From: Octopus vulgaris
Lineage: Eukaryota
Length of the DNA: 64,000 nt
NCBI GenBank assembly: GCA_951406725.2
Contig: OX597825.1
Coordinates: 75,082,001 to 75,146,000 of the forward strand
Reading direction: 5' to 3'
Shown: positions 53,144 through 64,000 of the stretch, piece by piece
How positions within the stretch are numbered: position 1 is the stretch's first letter
How the letters are laid out: the number at the start of each line of letters is the position of its first letter
Notes under the pieces: model-generated
What the model was told of the DNA's origin: nothing
The model's database searches: none
Seen by the model: the letters and a program-made list of their open reading frames with translations, nothing else
Made by a program: the position numbers and the translations under genes

Positions 53144-53662
53144 CAGTGGTTCTTAATCTGGACAGTAGTATTCCCCAAGAGAACATTGTGAACTCCCGAA
53201 AGACTGGCAAGTTTTAAGGGAGAGAACTCCCTTTTGAAATCTTGGAAATTTTTTTTTTAGAAATAAAATAATTTAACAAGGTGCAATATTTATGTTTTAA
53301 ACATGTTTTTGAAGAAAAAAAAAATCTTTCTTTAGATTAGAATATAAGTTGGACAAGAAGACATGAATGATGTGCCAAAGTTGAATATAATTTCATTATA
53401 TAAGTCCTTGTCTTTAGTAATTTCCTTAACATTTGACACTGGGAGCATTGATCTATGCAAATATCTAAAAAGAGGTACGTAGTGGAGTAGAATAGTATAA
53501 GAAAATCATTACCATCATCATCAATGGATAATAAACCACTGAGCACAATTTTGTTTAAGATGTTTTGCATTTTTTTTTCCCCACAAATGGCTCCTTTCAT
53601 AAAATATGTGAAGGGTACATGAGTAAAGTGGGGGCACTGAACTACAAAATATTGAATCACTG
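53144..53662. mobile_element. Possible decayed hAT-type MITE
   Basis: Termini cagtggttcttaat ... attgaatcactg resemble CAGTGGTTCTCAA-type TIRs. No clear TSD. Confidence 0.35.
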
Positions 53663-54105
53663 ATGTATATCCACAAAATAACAAGAAAGGGTCCTCCAAA
53701 ATAGTTTGTTAGATGGCAACCAACCACATGCAGTTGCTTCCCTTCTGTCACATACAAACACACACACAAGCCTCAAATTACATTGGCACACCAAATAATT
53801 ATAATAATATTAATACTAACAACACTGATAATGATATTTCTATTAATATTCATTAATATATTTTTACTTTCTTATTTCTTTATTATTTAAAAATTTAATA
53901 TATTTTTATATTGTTTTAAAATTCAATATCTCATGTAATAATAATAATAATAAAATAAAAACACAAGACTTTGCTCTTGAAGAAGAGTTATATTTCAGGT
54001 TTAAATAATGTTTTGATTTTTCCATACTTAGAAAGTTAGGTAAGTACACCATTGTCTACACTTATAAATACCTGACAGTTTCTTTTTCTCTTTTTAAATT
54101 ACCAG

Positions 54106-54184
54106 GTGTCAATCCAATGGTGCTGTGCTTCCGTGTGAAGTTTTACCCAGAAGATCCCATGTCACTACATGAAGAAATAACAAG
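54106..54184 (+). CDS. FRMD5: 79-bp FERM exon: (G)[25 protein letters not shown](R)
   Basis: Acceptor tttttaaattaccag, donor ag|gtatta. FRVKFYP.DP..L.EEITR is a hallmark FERM motif. Phase 1 in, phase 2 out, compatible with both neighbouring exons. Confidence 0.93.
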
Positions 54185-54225
54185 GTATTAGTTCAATTTA
54201 TTAGTTCAAATTATTATTATTTTTA

Positions 54226-54896
54226 TTAAGTTAAGTTAATTATTTGGCTCAAAAAGCAAGGCCATGTAGGGGGACATGGAGTTATGTACAGGGAGGGTGT
54301 TCATGCAAAGAGTTCAGGCCATTTGTGGTCAAGGGAGACTTTGAACCGAGCGGTCGTCGGCATCTTCACTATCTTGTCCGGCAGCTTGTTCCACGGATCC
54401 GCAACCCGGACGGAGAAAGCCCCTCTCCTTAGATTGAGATGAAATCGTTGCAGATAGAGCTTTTCAGAGTGACCCCGCAGCCGACGCTCTGGAGCAGGAG
54501 TGAAGAACAGCTCTTTCGAGAGGTTACACTTTCCGCTTATGATGTTGTGAGCAAGAATGAGATCACCACGGCGTCGTCGTTTTTCTAGAGAATAAAGGTC
54601 AAGCGTCTTCAGCCTTTCTTCATAAGACAAATGCTTGAGACCAAGAACCATGTGGGTAGCCAGCTTCTGGACTCTTTTGAGATGCTGTATGTCTTTGAGA
54701 AGATAAGGAGAAGAGGCTTGAATCCCGTACTCCAATATGGGTCTCACCAGCGTGACATAGAGCAGTAGGAATATGGCTGCTGTGAGCATTCCGAATGACC
54801 GTCGAATCAAAAACAGAACTCCGTGTGCTTTGTTGGCAGCATGGACGCACTGGGCCGAAGGCGAAAAAGAAGAATCCACCAAGATACCCAGGTCAT
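54226..54896 (-). mobile_element. 5'-truncated CR1-group LINE (ORF2 C-terminus, short 3' UTR, ttaac-type tail)
   Basis: ORF 54301-54882 has LY.TLVRPILEYG...SPY..KDI..L.RVQ.LAT...GL..LSYEERL..LDL.SLE.RR.RGDLI...RGH..KL...FSVRV...WN.LP, typical of CR1/L2-group RT C-termini. Confidence 0.9.
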
Positions 54897-55418
54897 TATT
54901 GTTAAGGCATGTGATTCATTGGTTTGCACTTTGGGCTTATGATTGTGATGTTGTGAGGTCAATTCCCAGACTGAGCTCTGTGTTGTGTTCTTGAGCAAGT
55001 CATTTTACTTCACATTGTTCCTGTTCACTCAGCTCACTCAGAAAGGAGTTGCAACATTACTGGTGCCATGCTGTATCAGTTTTTGCCCTTCCGTCGGGCA
55101 ACATTGGTGGCATAGAGAGGGAAGGCTCATGTGCATGGGTGACTGTTGGTCATCCCCAAACAGCCTTACTCAGACTTGTGCCTTGGAGCGGATTTTTATC
55201 CATTATTATTATTATTATAGTGTTGGAAAATCTTGCAGTATTTCTGCCAGTTCTTTACATTTCTGCTTCACATTTCATCCTCCCTGGGTCAATTAATTAA
55301 GTACCCGTGAAACACTGGGGTCAATGTAATAGACTAGTCCTCTCCCCACAAATTTCAGGCCTTGTGCTTTTAGTAGAAAGGATTTTAATAATAATAATTA
55401 TTTATTCTTCCTCCTCAG

Positions 55419-55516
55419 ATACTGCTTGTTCCTGCAACTCCGAAGAGATCTACATCATGGCCGTTTACTGTGCCCCCCAAGTGATGCTAACCTTTTGGCA
55501 GCCTACATAATACAGT
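55419..55516 (+). CDS. FRMD5: 98-bp FERM exon: (R)[32 protein letters not shown]
   Basis: Acceptor ttcttcctcctcag, donor t|gtaagt. FLQ.+RDL.HGRLLC..SDA.LLAAYI.Q matches the FRMD5/FRMD3 F2 lobe. The 43/79/98-bp exon series is what I recall for vertebrate FRMD5 (not verified). Confidence 0.93.
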
Positions 55517-56876
55517 GTAAGTTATCCAATTGTCACTTCTGTCGTAAACTCTGTAGATCAATGTTTTATTCAGTGTTTTATATTTGGTGTGCAATCAACA
55601 ATAAAGCATGGGTGTATAGCCTAGTGGTTAGGCTGCTGCACTCACAATCTTGAGACCGTTGGTTCAATACCCAGTCTGGACAGTGCATTGTGTTTTTGAG
55701 CAAAACACTTCATTTCACATTGCTCTGTGATCATTTGAACATATGACATGCACCTGTACAGGCAATATCGATTTGATTAAGGGAGTAAGCTAATGCATAA
55801 CATGAAATATTTGATCACTATAAACTGAGCACTGTATACAATAATTTCATTATTTTTTAAAGATATTGTGTCTACCGGGGGTTTGTACTGTTTATCAAGT
55901 CACAACAAGGACCTCAGACAGACAGTACTTTATGCAGTATGCATGCAGTTCCAAGTAATGCTGACTTTTGCAATACACCTTGATTGTTTTGTAATTTCTC
56001 CTCAGCAAGTAGTGCAAATCATCTGTGCAGGTTTTTTAGTAGTAAATTACAGAACTTGTCTTTCTTGGACTCAAGAGACTAACGTTAAACAATAAGATGT
56101 GAATGCTTGTGGCCTAGTAGTTAGACCATTGGAATATAATTTGTAATGTTGAGGGTTCCATTCCAAGGTACTTCATCTCTTGGTGCTTCATTCTACTCAG
56201 CTGAAAATGAGTTATATCTGCTGCAGAGCAGCACCTCACAGACTGTTATCCTCCAAATTTTAATCCCAAAATCTTGCAAATGCCAAAATGCTATTGGCTG
56301 TTGATGGTTACAGCACACTTTATGATGGTGCTGTTAAGGCAAATGGTGTGAACTGAGTGGTATTTGTTGAATCCTTAAAATACACCAAATCAAAAAATTT
56401 TGGTCAATATTGCTTTCATCCTTCAGGGGTTGATAAAATAAAGGACCAGTTTAGTACTGGGATTGATATAATTAACTGGTCCTTCTTTCTATATTCAAAT
56501 TTCTAGCTTTTTGAAAAAATTTCCAATTAGGAAATACCCCTCCCCACCACACACGATTACTAGTTTCATTCAACTTGCAAAATATTAATTAACCAAGTAA
56601 ATGTAGAAGACACTATGCCATACAGTGGGATAGAACCTGAAACCTGCTTATGTTGGGAACTCTGCATCCACAACCACATATCTATACACACACGCATATA
56701 TGCATGCATGAACACATACACACTTGATTTTCTACTCTTCACGGCAAGTTCATTGTACTCTTTTTGTCTGTTTTACAAAATATTACAGGTCTTACAGACA
56801 CAGAACAAATACCATTCTCTTTGGATTCTGTCTTATTGTACATATGTTTATATATGCATACATGTGTATGTTTCTT

Positions 56877-56877
<1 letters not shown>

Positions 56878-56940
<63 letters not shown>

Positions 56941-57490
56941 TTCCATCTATCTTTCTCATTGTATCAGCAACTTTGACTCTTTCAATGTTGCATTCTCGCT
57001 GTCTGTTAGCTATTTCTCATCTAAATTCCAACTTCCTTCTCTATCAATTCTCTCTCTCCCTCTCCCCCTCTCTCTCTCCCTCCCTTTCTTTCTCCCTCTC
57101 TCTCCCTCCCTTTCTTTCTCTCTCTCCCTCTCTGCCTCTCTTTCTCCCTCTCCCTCTCTCTTTCCCTCTCTCTCCCCCTCTCTCTTAGTTTCACTCTTTT
57201 TCTCAGTTCTCCTCCCCTATCATTTCTTTTTTCAAGCTGTCTTTCCTTCTCTGTCAGTTACACTTTTTGGTCTCTCTCTCTCCCTCCCCCTCTCTCCCGT
57301 CCCCCGTCCCCCCTCTCTCTGTCTCTCTCTCTTTCAGTTCCACTGCCTATTTATCAGTGTTTATGTATCAGTCTGTTTCTTTCTCATTCAGTTTCACATC
57401 TCTCCCTCCCCCTCTCTCCCTCCCTCCCTCCCTCAGTTGCACTGACTCTTTCACTCACTCACTCGCTCTCTCTCTCTCTCTCTTTCACTC
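56878..57490. repeat. (CT)n and polypyrimidine low-complexity region
   Basis: Direct inspection. Similar tracts at 30170-30322 and 39140-39660. Confidence 0.9.
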
Positions 57491-57703
57491 TCATTATTTC
57501 CAATCTATAACACACATCTCATTTACTCCCACTACATTTCATTCTCTTTGCTTTTCCTACCACCACCACCACCACCACCACCCTCTCTCTTGCCATGTTA
57601 GTGTTAAATAAATCTTGTTACCATAGCAACCTGACAGCTTGTCTAGGTCACCTACAGGTTCTCTTTCACCGTAGCCTCTCTAAGATGTATGCTTGCCTAG
57701 AGA

Positions 57704-57745
<42 letters not shown>

Positions 57746-57928
57746 ACAGATGTGTGTATGGTTATGCTTCTGTATGTCTATATAAATACAAACCAGTCAA
57801 GTTTTAGCTTGTGTGTGTGTGTGTGTGTCCTTTCATCAAGCGTCAAGCTAATACAGTTCTTGTGCAAGTCCTCATATTGTCCGTTTTTTATTCATTAATT
57901 TGAATTGTTTGTTTATTTTAATTGACTG

Positions 57929-57967
<39 letters not shown>

Positions 57968-58084
57968 ATTATGTATTTGTATTGGATTTGAATGGTAATA
58001 CATTGTGTGTATGGCTATGTTAAAATGTAAGTGAATGTGTATGTAGTTGTGTGTATGTAGATACGTGTATATGAATTTTAATCT

Positions 58085-58630
58085 GTGTGTATGTATGTAT
58101 GTATGTAGGTATGCATGCATGTATGTATGTAAGGTATGTATGTATGTATGTATGTATGTATGTGTGTATGTATGTAGGGTATGTGTGTATGTAGGGTATG
58201 TATGTGTGTATGTATGTAAGTATGTATGTATGTAGGTATGTATGTAGGTGTGTGTAGGGTATGTATGTATGTAGGGTATGTATGTATGTATGTATGTATG
58301 TAGGGTATGTATGTATGTAGGGTATGTATGTATGTAGGGTATGTATGTATGTAGGGTATGTATGTATGTATGTATGTATGTAGGGTATGTATGTATGTAG
58401 GGTATGTATGTATGTAGGGTATGTATGTATGTATGTATGTATGTATGTATGTAGGGTATGTATGTATGTATGTAGGGTATGTATGTATGTATGTAGGGTA
58501 TGTATGTATGTATGTAGGGTATGTATGTATGTATGTAGGGTATGTATGTATGTATGTATGTAGGGTATGTATGTATGTATGTAGGGTATGTATGTATGTA
58601 GGTAGGTATGTATGTATGTAGGGTATGTAT
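58085..58630. repeat. (TATG)n array periodically interrupted by TAGGG
   Basis: Direct inspection. Confidence 0.95.
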
Positions 58631-59439
58631 GCCTGCATGTAATGCAGAGAAGAGTAGCTGAGAATTCTTCATGGTATACCCAATGTAAACCAAGGATGCA
58701 CAGTGGCAAACTGGCAGGCCTTCATGTGTGGTTGATGCACAACAGTTGTGAGCACGTGTGAAACAAATTCCTTCAAATGCTTGCAAAGCACCCTACAAGT
58801 AACTGATAGGTTTTGCTACCTAGGTGAATTAAATAGCTGTGTGGGTGGCTGCTTTGGAAGCATAGCTGTCAGGTGAGAAAGGTAGTAGAAAAAGGATTCA
58901 GGGAGTTATTACTTCTGCTGCTTAGAGAAGGATTGATTACTTCCCACAGTGAAGGGCAAATACAAAGTGTGAGGTGTTGCACGGTAACAAGCCATGGGCC
59001 TTGATTTTTTTTTTTTATATCTTCTTTTACTGCTCCCATGCTGTAGCACTGCCTTGAAAGGTTTGGTCAAATACATTGCTTCCAGTAGTTTTTCTTCTTT
59101 TGAGTGTGTTACTTATTCTATCACTCTCTTAGCTGAACTGCTAAGTTAGGGGGATGTAAACAAACCAACATCAGTTATCAAGCAGTGGGGGCTGAGACAC
59201 ACCCACTCACACATACGCACTCAATCACATACACGCACTCACTCATACATACCCACCCACTCACGCATACCCTCCCACTCACACGTATGTACCCGCTCCC
59301 ACATATGTACCTGCAAACTAACACATGCGCTCACACATACATGCGCTTATACATACACGCCCACTCACACACATATATACACACTCACACATACACATCC
59401 GATCACACATACATGCCCAGTCACGCGTCACACCTGGTC

Positions 59440-59590
59440 ACGCATACATGCCTGCCCACACATACATACCCGCCCACACATACATGCCCGCCCACACATA
59501 CATGCCCGCCCACACATACATGCCTGCACACATATTCACACCGGCACACACATACACACCCGTCCAAACATACACACCTGCTCACATACT
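59440..59590. repeat. 18-bp minisatellite (cacacatacatgcccgcc) in a CA-rich tract
   Basis: Several consecutive units, decaying at the edges. Confidence 0.85.
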
Positions 59591-59756
59591 CACACAGTTT
59601 CACAGTTACACACACACACACACACACAATGGACTTCCACATAGCTTTCTCATTTCCCAGCATGTTTTTTATTAATTCATGGCTGAAGTTGCAGAGTGAC
59701 TCAAGGGCCTAGAGTTTCATGCATTGGCACTTTTAAAAATTAAAAAAAACTTGTAT

Positions 59757-60200
59757 ATACAAGGTGCATTCCAGAAGTTTTGAAAAATTTTCTGGCCAGG
59801 CATTTATTTCAAAGCACTTCACCCACTTTGTGAAGGTCCCAGGGAAGTCCCCCAAAGAGAAAGTGTTAGGGCCCTAATCACAATTTCCTTCATCTCCTTC
59901 AGCTTGAAAAGCGATTAAAAGTCACAGGGAGCAAGGTGGGCTGTAGAGAGAGGGACAGTTTTGGTGCCCATCTCTGTCAAATAGTTGCTTACTAGAATGG
60001 AAATGTGAACTGGTGCATTGTCCTTGTATAGATGCATTGGACTTTTGCATTGAAACATCTACTCTCTCAAGGCCTCCACAAAGTACTTTTTGTTGACTGT
60101 CTGGCCAGAGGGAACCATGTGGATGTAGATGATGCCCTTGACGTTGAAAATGAGGATCATGGTGGACTTGCTTTGCCTGGCCTTTTGTGCCAGTGAAAAG
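59757..60200 (-). mobile_element. Degenerate mariner-like transposon fragment
   Basis: Peptide KARQSK..TM....F.VKGII..H.VP.GQTVNK.YF.E.LR is typical of mariner transposases. TIR-like tacaaggtgcattccagaagttt at 59757. Confidence 0.65.
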
Positions 60201-60303
60201 CAGATGTTCAGCTTATATACATTAATCCATAAGCAGGGCAATATTGCAATTAAATACTAGCTATTTACTGAGGATTTATTTATTCTTTCCATTTTCTTAT
60301 TTG

Positions 60304-60338
<35 letters not shown>

Positions 60339-60405
60339 GTATGTATGTATGTGTGTGTGTGTGTGTGTTTTAATATTTCACTGAGGCATCGAGCTTCATG
60401 TTTAA

Positions 60406-60494
60406 GGCTCTGATGAAGCTACATGGTGTTACTCAGGCATTCAACTATGAGTACCCTAAACCTTATAGCAGAAACAGCGAAACAGCTGTAAGCT
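60406..60494 (+). ncRNA. Type I hammerhead ribozyme with enlarged stem II
   Basis: ggct-CUGAUGA-a-gct...(internal tactca/tgagta helix)...agc-GAAA; palindromic stem III acagctgt; GUA; agct. Lies in a ~180-bp insert between TG/TA tracts. Confidence 0.7.
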
Positions 60495-61313
60495 GATGAA
60501 GTCCATGAGATAATCATTTTTTTCCTTTGTCACATCTCTTTTTTCTTTTATACATACATACATATATACATATATATATAGTCATATATACATATATATA
60601 GTTTATACATACATATATACATATATATGGTTGTATGCTGTATCTTTTTTTTTTCTGAAATTGATGCCCAAATCAATACCTACCTCATTTTCTTGCTTTC
60701 CCAGTTTCCATAAAAATGTATATCTTAGATACAGCCCTAGTAGAATCAGTGCTTACAGATTAGACAAAATTTGAGCTCATTTAATATAAGTTGCCTGGAA
60801 GTTTGTATAACTGCTTAGTTTTCATTTCACAGTGTCTGTGAGATAAAGCACTCAAGTTCATGTCAACTGATAATGACAAATGTCATTAAAGATATATTAT
60901 CTGTCTAGACAACAAATGCTTTTTTTTTTTGCTGTTGTTGTTGTTGTTGGTGGTGGTGGTGTGTCTCTCTCTAACCGCCCCCATCAATACTCAACCCTGA
61001 ATAAAAGTGGGGTGTGGATACTTGGGTTACTGTTTATATTTCATCTCCTCCCTATTTAACAGTATCACATCAAATTACAGTAGGATTTCATGCAATCTAG
61101 AGTGAGTGAAGGTTGTGATGGTAAGGAGGAGTAGGAGGAGGAGAAGACTGTGAGGAAGATATATGTATGGGAAGTGGAGAGGCAAGAGATGTATGTATAT
61201 ATAGTGTGTATGTATATATATATATATATATAATGTATATATGTATATATATAATATATATATATATATCATCATCATCATCATTCAACAGCCACTTTCC
61301 ATGCTAGCATGGG

Positions 61314-61352
<39 letters not shown>

Positions 61353-61354
<2 letters not shown>

Positions 61355-61561
61355 GGAGTAAACACATAAATGTAAAACAAGGTGGAAAAAAGAGTACTCA
61401 AATACCAGTGGTAGAGTAATATGCTTTATTTAAAGCAGCAGAAAATTCATCAAAACCTGTTACTCTGAGTTTCCCGTTGCCATTCATCGGACAGTTTTTG
61501 AACGGCAACGGGAAACTCAGAGTAACAGGTTTTGTTGAATTTTCTGCTGCTTTAAATAAAG
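61353..61561 (-). mobile_element. Penelope-like terminal fragment with 5' fold-back (63-bp arms), in (TA)n
   Basis: Arms 61424-61486 and 61499-61561 are reverse complements (2 mismatches). Contains a hammerhead-like motif; homologous copy at 46134-46244. Confidence 0.75.
61457..61494 (-). ncRNA. Variant/decayed minimal hammerhead (family A)
   Basis: Minus strand reads ctgt-CCGAUGA-atg(gcaa)cgg-GAAA-ctcaga-GUA-acag. Sister copies (61499 arm, 46134-46244) imply a consensus stem II of acg-GCAA-cgt. Confidence 0.65.
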
Positions 61562-61992
61562 TATATATATATATATATATATATATAGTGGGCTGGTTTA
61601 ATCTTTGTGGAAACAGATGTGATCGATGGATGCTCCCACACACAAAAAAAAACATGTTTCCATCAGTGTTTAGAATAAAGCTGTCCTATTCTGACAAATT
61701 GCTATGTGGGTGTCTTTGAAGCAATCAACTTGATATATAATAAAGGTTAAGTTAATTGAACTATCAAATTTGCTTTTCATGTTGTTGTGTTTTAATAGTT
61801 ACATTCACTGATTAGAGAAATTCTATATTTTTTAAATATAGATACACATACATATATTCATATACACACTCATATATATGTATGTATATGAAAGTATATA
61901 TGGATGTGGCTATATATGCACACATACATATATGTATGCATATAAACGTGTGTGTGTATACATATATACCTGCATATATACGTGTATCTATG

Positions 61993-62019
<27 letters not shown>

Positions 62020-62023
<4 letters not shown>

Positions 62024-62414
62024 TGGTTGTATACTGTCAACTTAACGTGACAGTCCCGTATGGGAATTACACCACCGCTGTTTAGCCCTAAGAAGCATCG
62101 AACGCTTCCTGTCGGTTTTGACACATTTTCTGCGTCCTTATATTTGTGAAGGGGAAGCAAGCACCCCTACCAGCCAAGATTCACACCTGAGGACATGCAT
62201 GTTGGCTGGTAGGGATGCTTGCCTCCCCTTCACAAATATAAGGACGCAGAAAATGTGTCAAAACCGACAGGAAGCGTTCGATGCTTCTTAGGGCTAAACA
62301 GCGGTGGTGTAATTCCCTTACGGGACTGTCACGTTAAGTTGACAGTATACAACCACTCTATTGCTCCACCACCGCTCATGTCTCTGTGAGACATTTAGAA
62401 ATTTAATATTTCTG
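62020..62414 (+). mobile_element. Fold-back element: 158-bp inverted arms, 24-bp loop, 55-bp unique 3' extension, in TA/GA microsatellite
   Basis: 62020-62177 versus 62202-62359 are reverse complements with 3 mismatches. Confidence 0.85.
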
Positions 62415-64000
62415 ATATATATGTATATATATATACATACACACACACACACACATATCAATCTTTCTATTTCTCTGTGTATCTATATCTACATATACTC
62501 TCTTTTTATCTCTCTCTCTATCTATCTATCCATCTACACACAGTCATACATAAATATAAATAAGCATGTATACACTCGTGTGTGTGTGTGTATAAAAATA
62601 AGTACTTTTTTCTATAATTTAGGTGTATTTCATTATATTCTTTATGTATGAAAAAAATCAATCCTTATGGACATTATGGAATACTAATGTGTGTGTGTAA
62701 TATACAAGTGTCATTTTAAATCAGTCAACAATGTAAATATTGATGCAAACCTTGTGCGCTTCAAAGTTATTTGTACTGATTCACTGGCACTCCTTTGTCA
62801 TTCACACCATCATCATAAATCCTGTAAATTGCCTACTGGGAACCTGTAAGCGATAGTGTTATTATACATAGACTGCAACATAAAATAAATAAAATAATGG
62901 ACGGTCTGTGGTTAGATTCTGTTTCCTGGGTGTTGCTGTTTCACTTCACTTCTTTTTTTGTTTTGTCTCTCGTAAAGAAATGATTAATCCTTTTTTGTCT
63001 TAATAACAATGAAACCTTCTGGTTTATTGTTTTATAGACCCTGTAACAGATTAAGACAAAACAAGTTAGCAAATAGCATCATTGTTGGTGCTTTTGGACT
63101 TTCCTGTTGTGTGCGTGTGTGTGTGTGTGAGCAAAATACTATATTTCACATTGAGTCTTTGAGCAAAATACTTTATTTTACATTGCCCCAGTCCACTCAG
63201 CTGGCAAAAGTGAGATCATCATCATCATCATCGTTTAGCGTCCACTTTCCATGCTAGCATGGGTTGGACGGTTCGACCGGGGTCTGGGAAGCCAGAAGGC
63301 TGCACCAGGCTCCAGTCTGATCTTGCAGTGTTTCTACAGCTGGATACCTTTCCTAACGCCAACCACTCCATGAGTGTAGTGGGTGCTTTTTACATGCCAC
63401 CAGGGCTGGCCTTGTCACATCCTGGATCTTGCTCAATCTCCCAGAGAACTATGTTGAGGATACGTGTGTTTGTAGAGTACTCAGCCACTTGCACGTTAGT
63501 TTCATGAGCTGGCTGTTCCATTGATTGGATCAACTGGGGCACTCATCATCATAACCAGAATGCTGGTGTGTGTGTGTGTGTGTGTGTGTGGATGTATGTG
63601 TGTGAACATGCATCATTTAATGTTCATCCTCTATACTGGCATTGGCTGGATGGTTTAATGGGATCCGACAGGTCAAAGGACAGCATACTTCTGTACCTGC
63701 ATTGGCATGATTTCTATAGCTGCATGCACCTCCCTAATGCCAACCACTTTACTGAGTGATGACTGGGTGATTTTTGCCATGGCACCAATATATTGAGGTT
63801 ACCATTTAGCTTGCAAGGCTAAAACCCCTTCAACTGCATGGGGCTGCAGTAGAGTAGGGGACAATTTTATGCTAGGTGATGTAATGTTAGAGTATGAAGG
63901 AATGGACCGAGTTTCTCCTTGTGGAAGAGATACATAATTGCTCACATTATACAAGAATGCATGGAAGTAATCAGTGTGAAGGTGGAAAGAGCGAGGAAGA

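Noticed and set aside
58085-59590. CRISPR-like or telomeric arrays
   Set aside because: No unique spacers and no TTAGGG runs; eukaryotic simple repeats.
60645-60760. Possible next FERM exon (ctgaaattgat… after a pyrimidine run)
   Set aside because: No AG acceptor and no E.GDYD motif. The next exon is probably beyond the window.
62200-62312. HDV-like ribozyme reading (tgttgg/ccgaca P1, GG, P4, GGCUAA)
   Set aside because: There is no P3/L3 with CC immediately before the P1 3' strand, and the pairing is not well kept in the other two copies. It is reported instead as an unassigned fold.

Overview
AT-rich, repeat-dense animal DNA. The SINE families, microsatellite load and gene architecture look like an octopus (coleoid cephalopod) genome; this is an inference. 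The only host coding sequence found is three small + strand exons of a FERM-domain gene (FRMD5/FRMD3-like) at 9727-9769, 54106-54184 and 55419-55516, with a 44.3 kb intron between the first two. The rest is intron containing tRNA-derived SINEs (often nested), TTAA MITEs, a 5'-truncated CR1-type LINE, mariner and Ty3/gypsy remnants, and simple repeats. Most ORF-track entries are microsatellite artefacts. The notable hidden layer is a set of short non-coding insertions, mostly embedded in (TA)n tracts. Several carry minimal type I hammerhead ribozyme motifs: four with canonical cores on the sense strand of the host pre-mRNA, plus several decayed ones. Several have 5' fold-back inversions or a partial tandem repeat, as in Penelope-like element/retrozyme termini. 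Three strongly diverged copies (23.2, 37.5, 62.2 kb) also share a multi-hairpin RNA fold with compensatory base changes that I cannot assign to any known RNA family.
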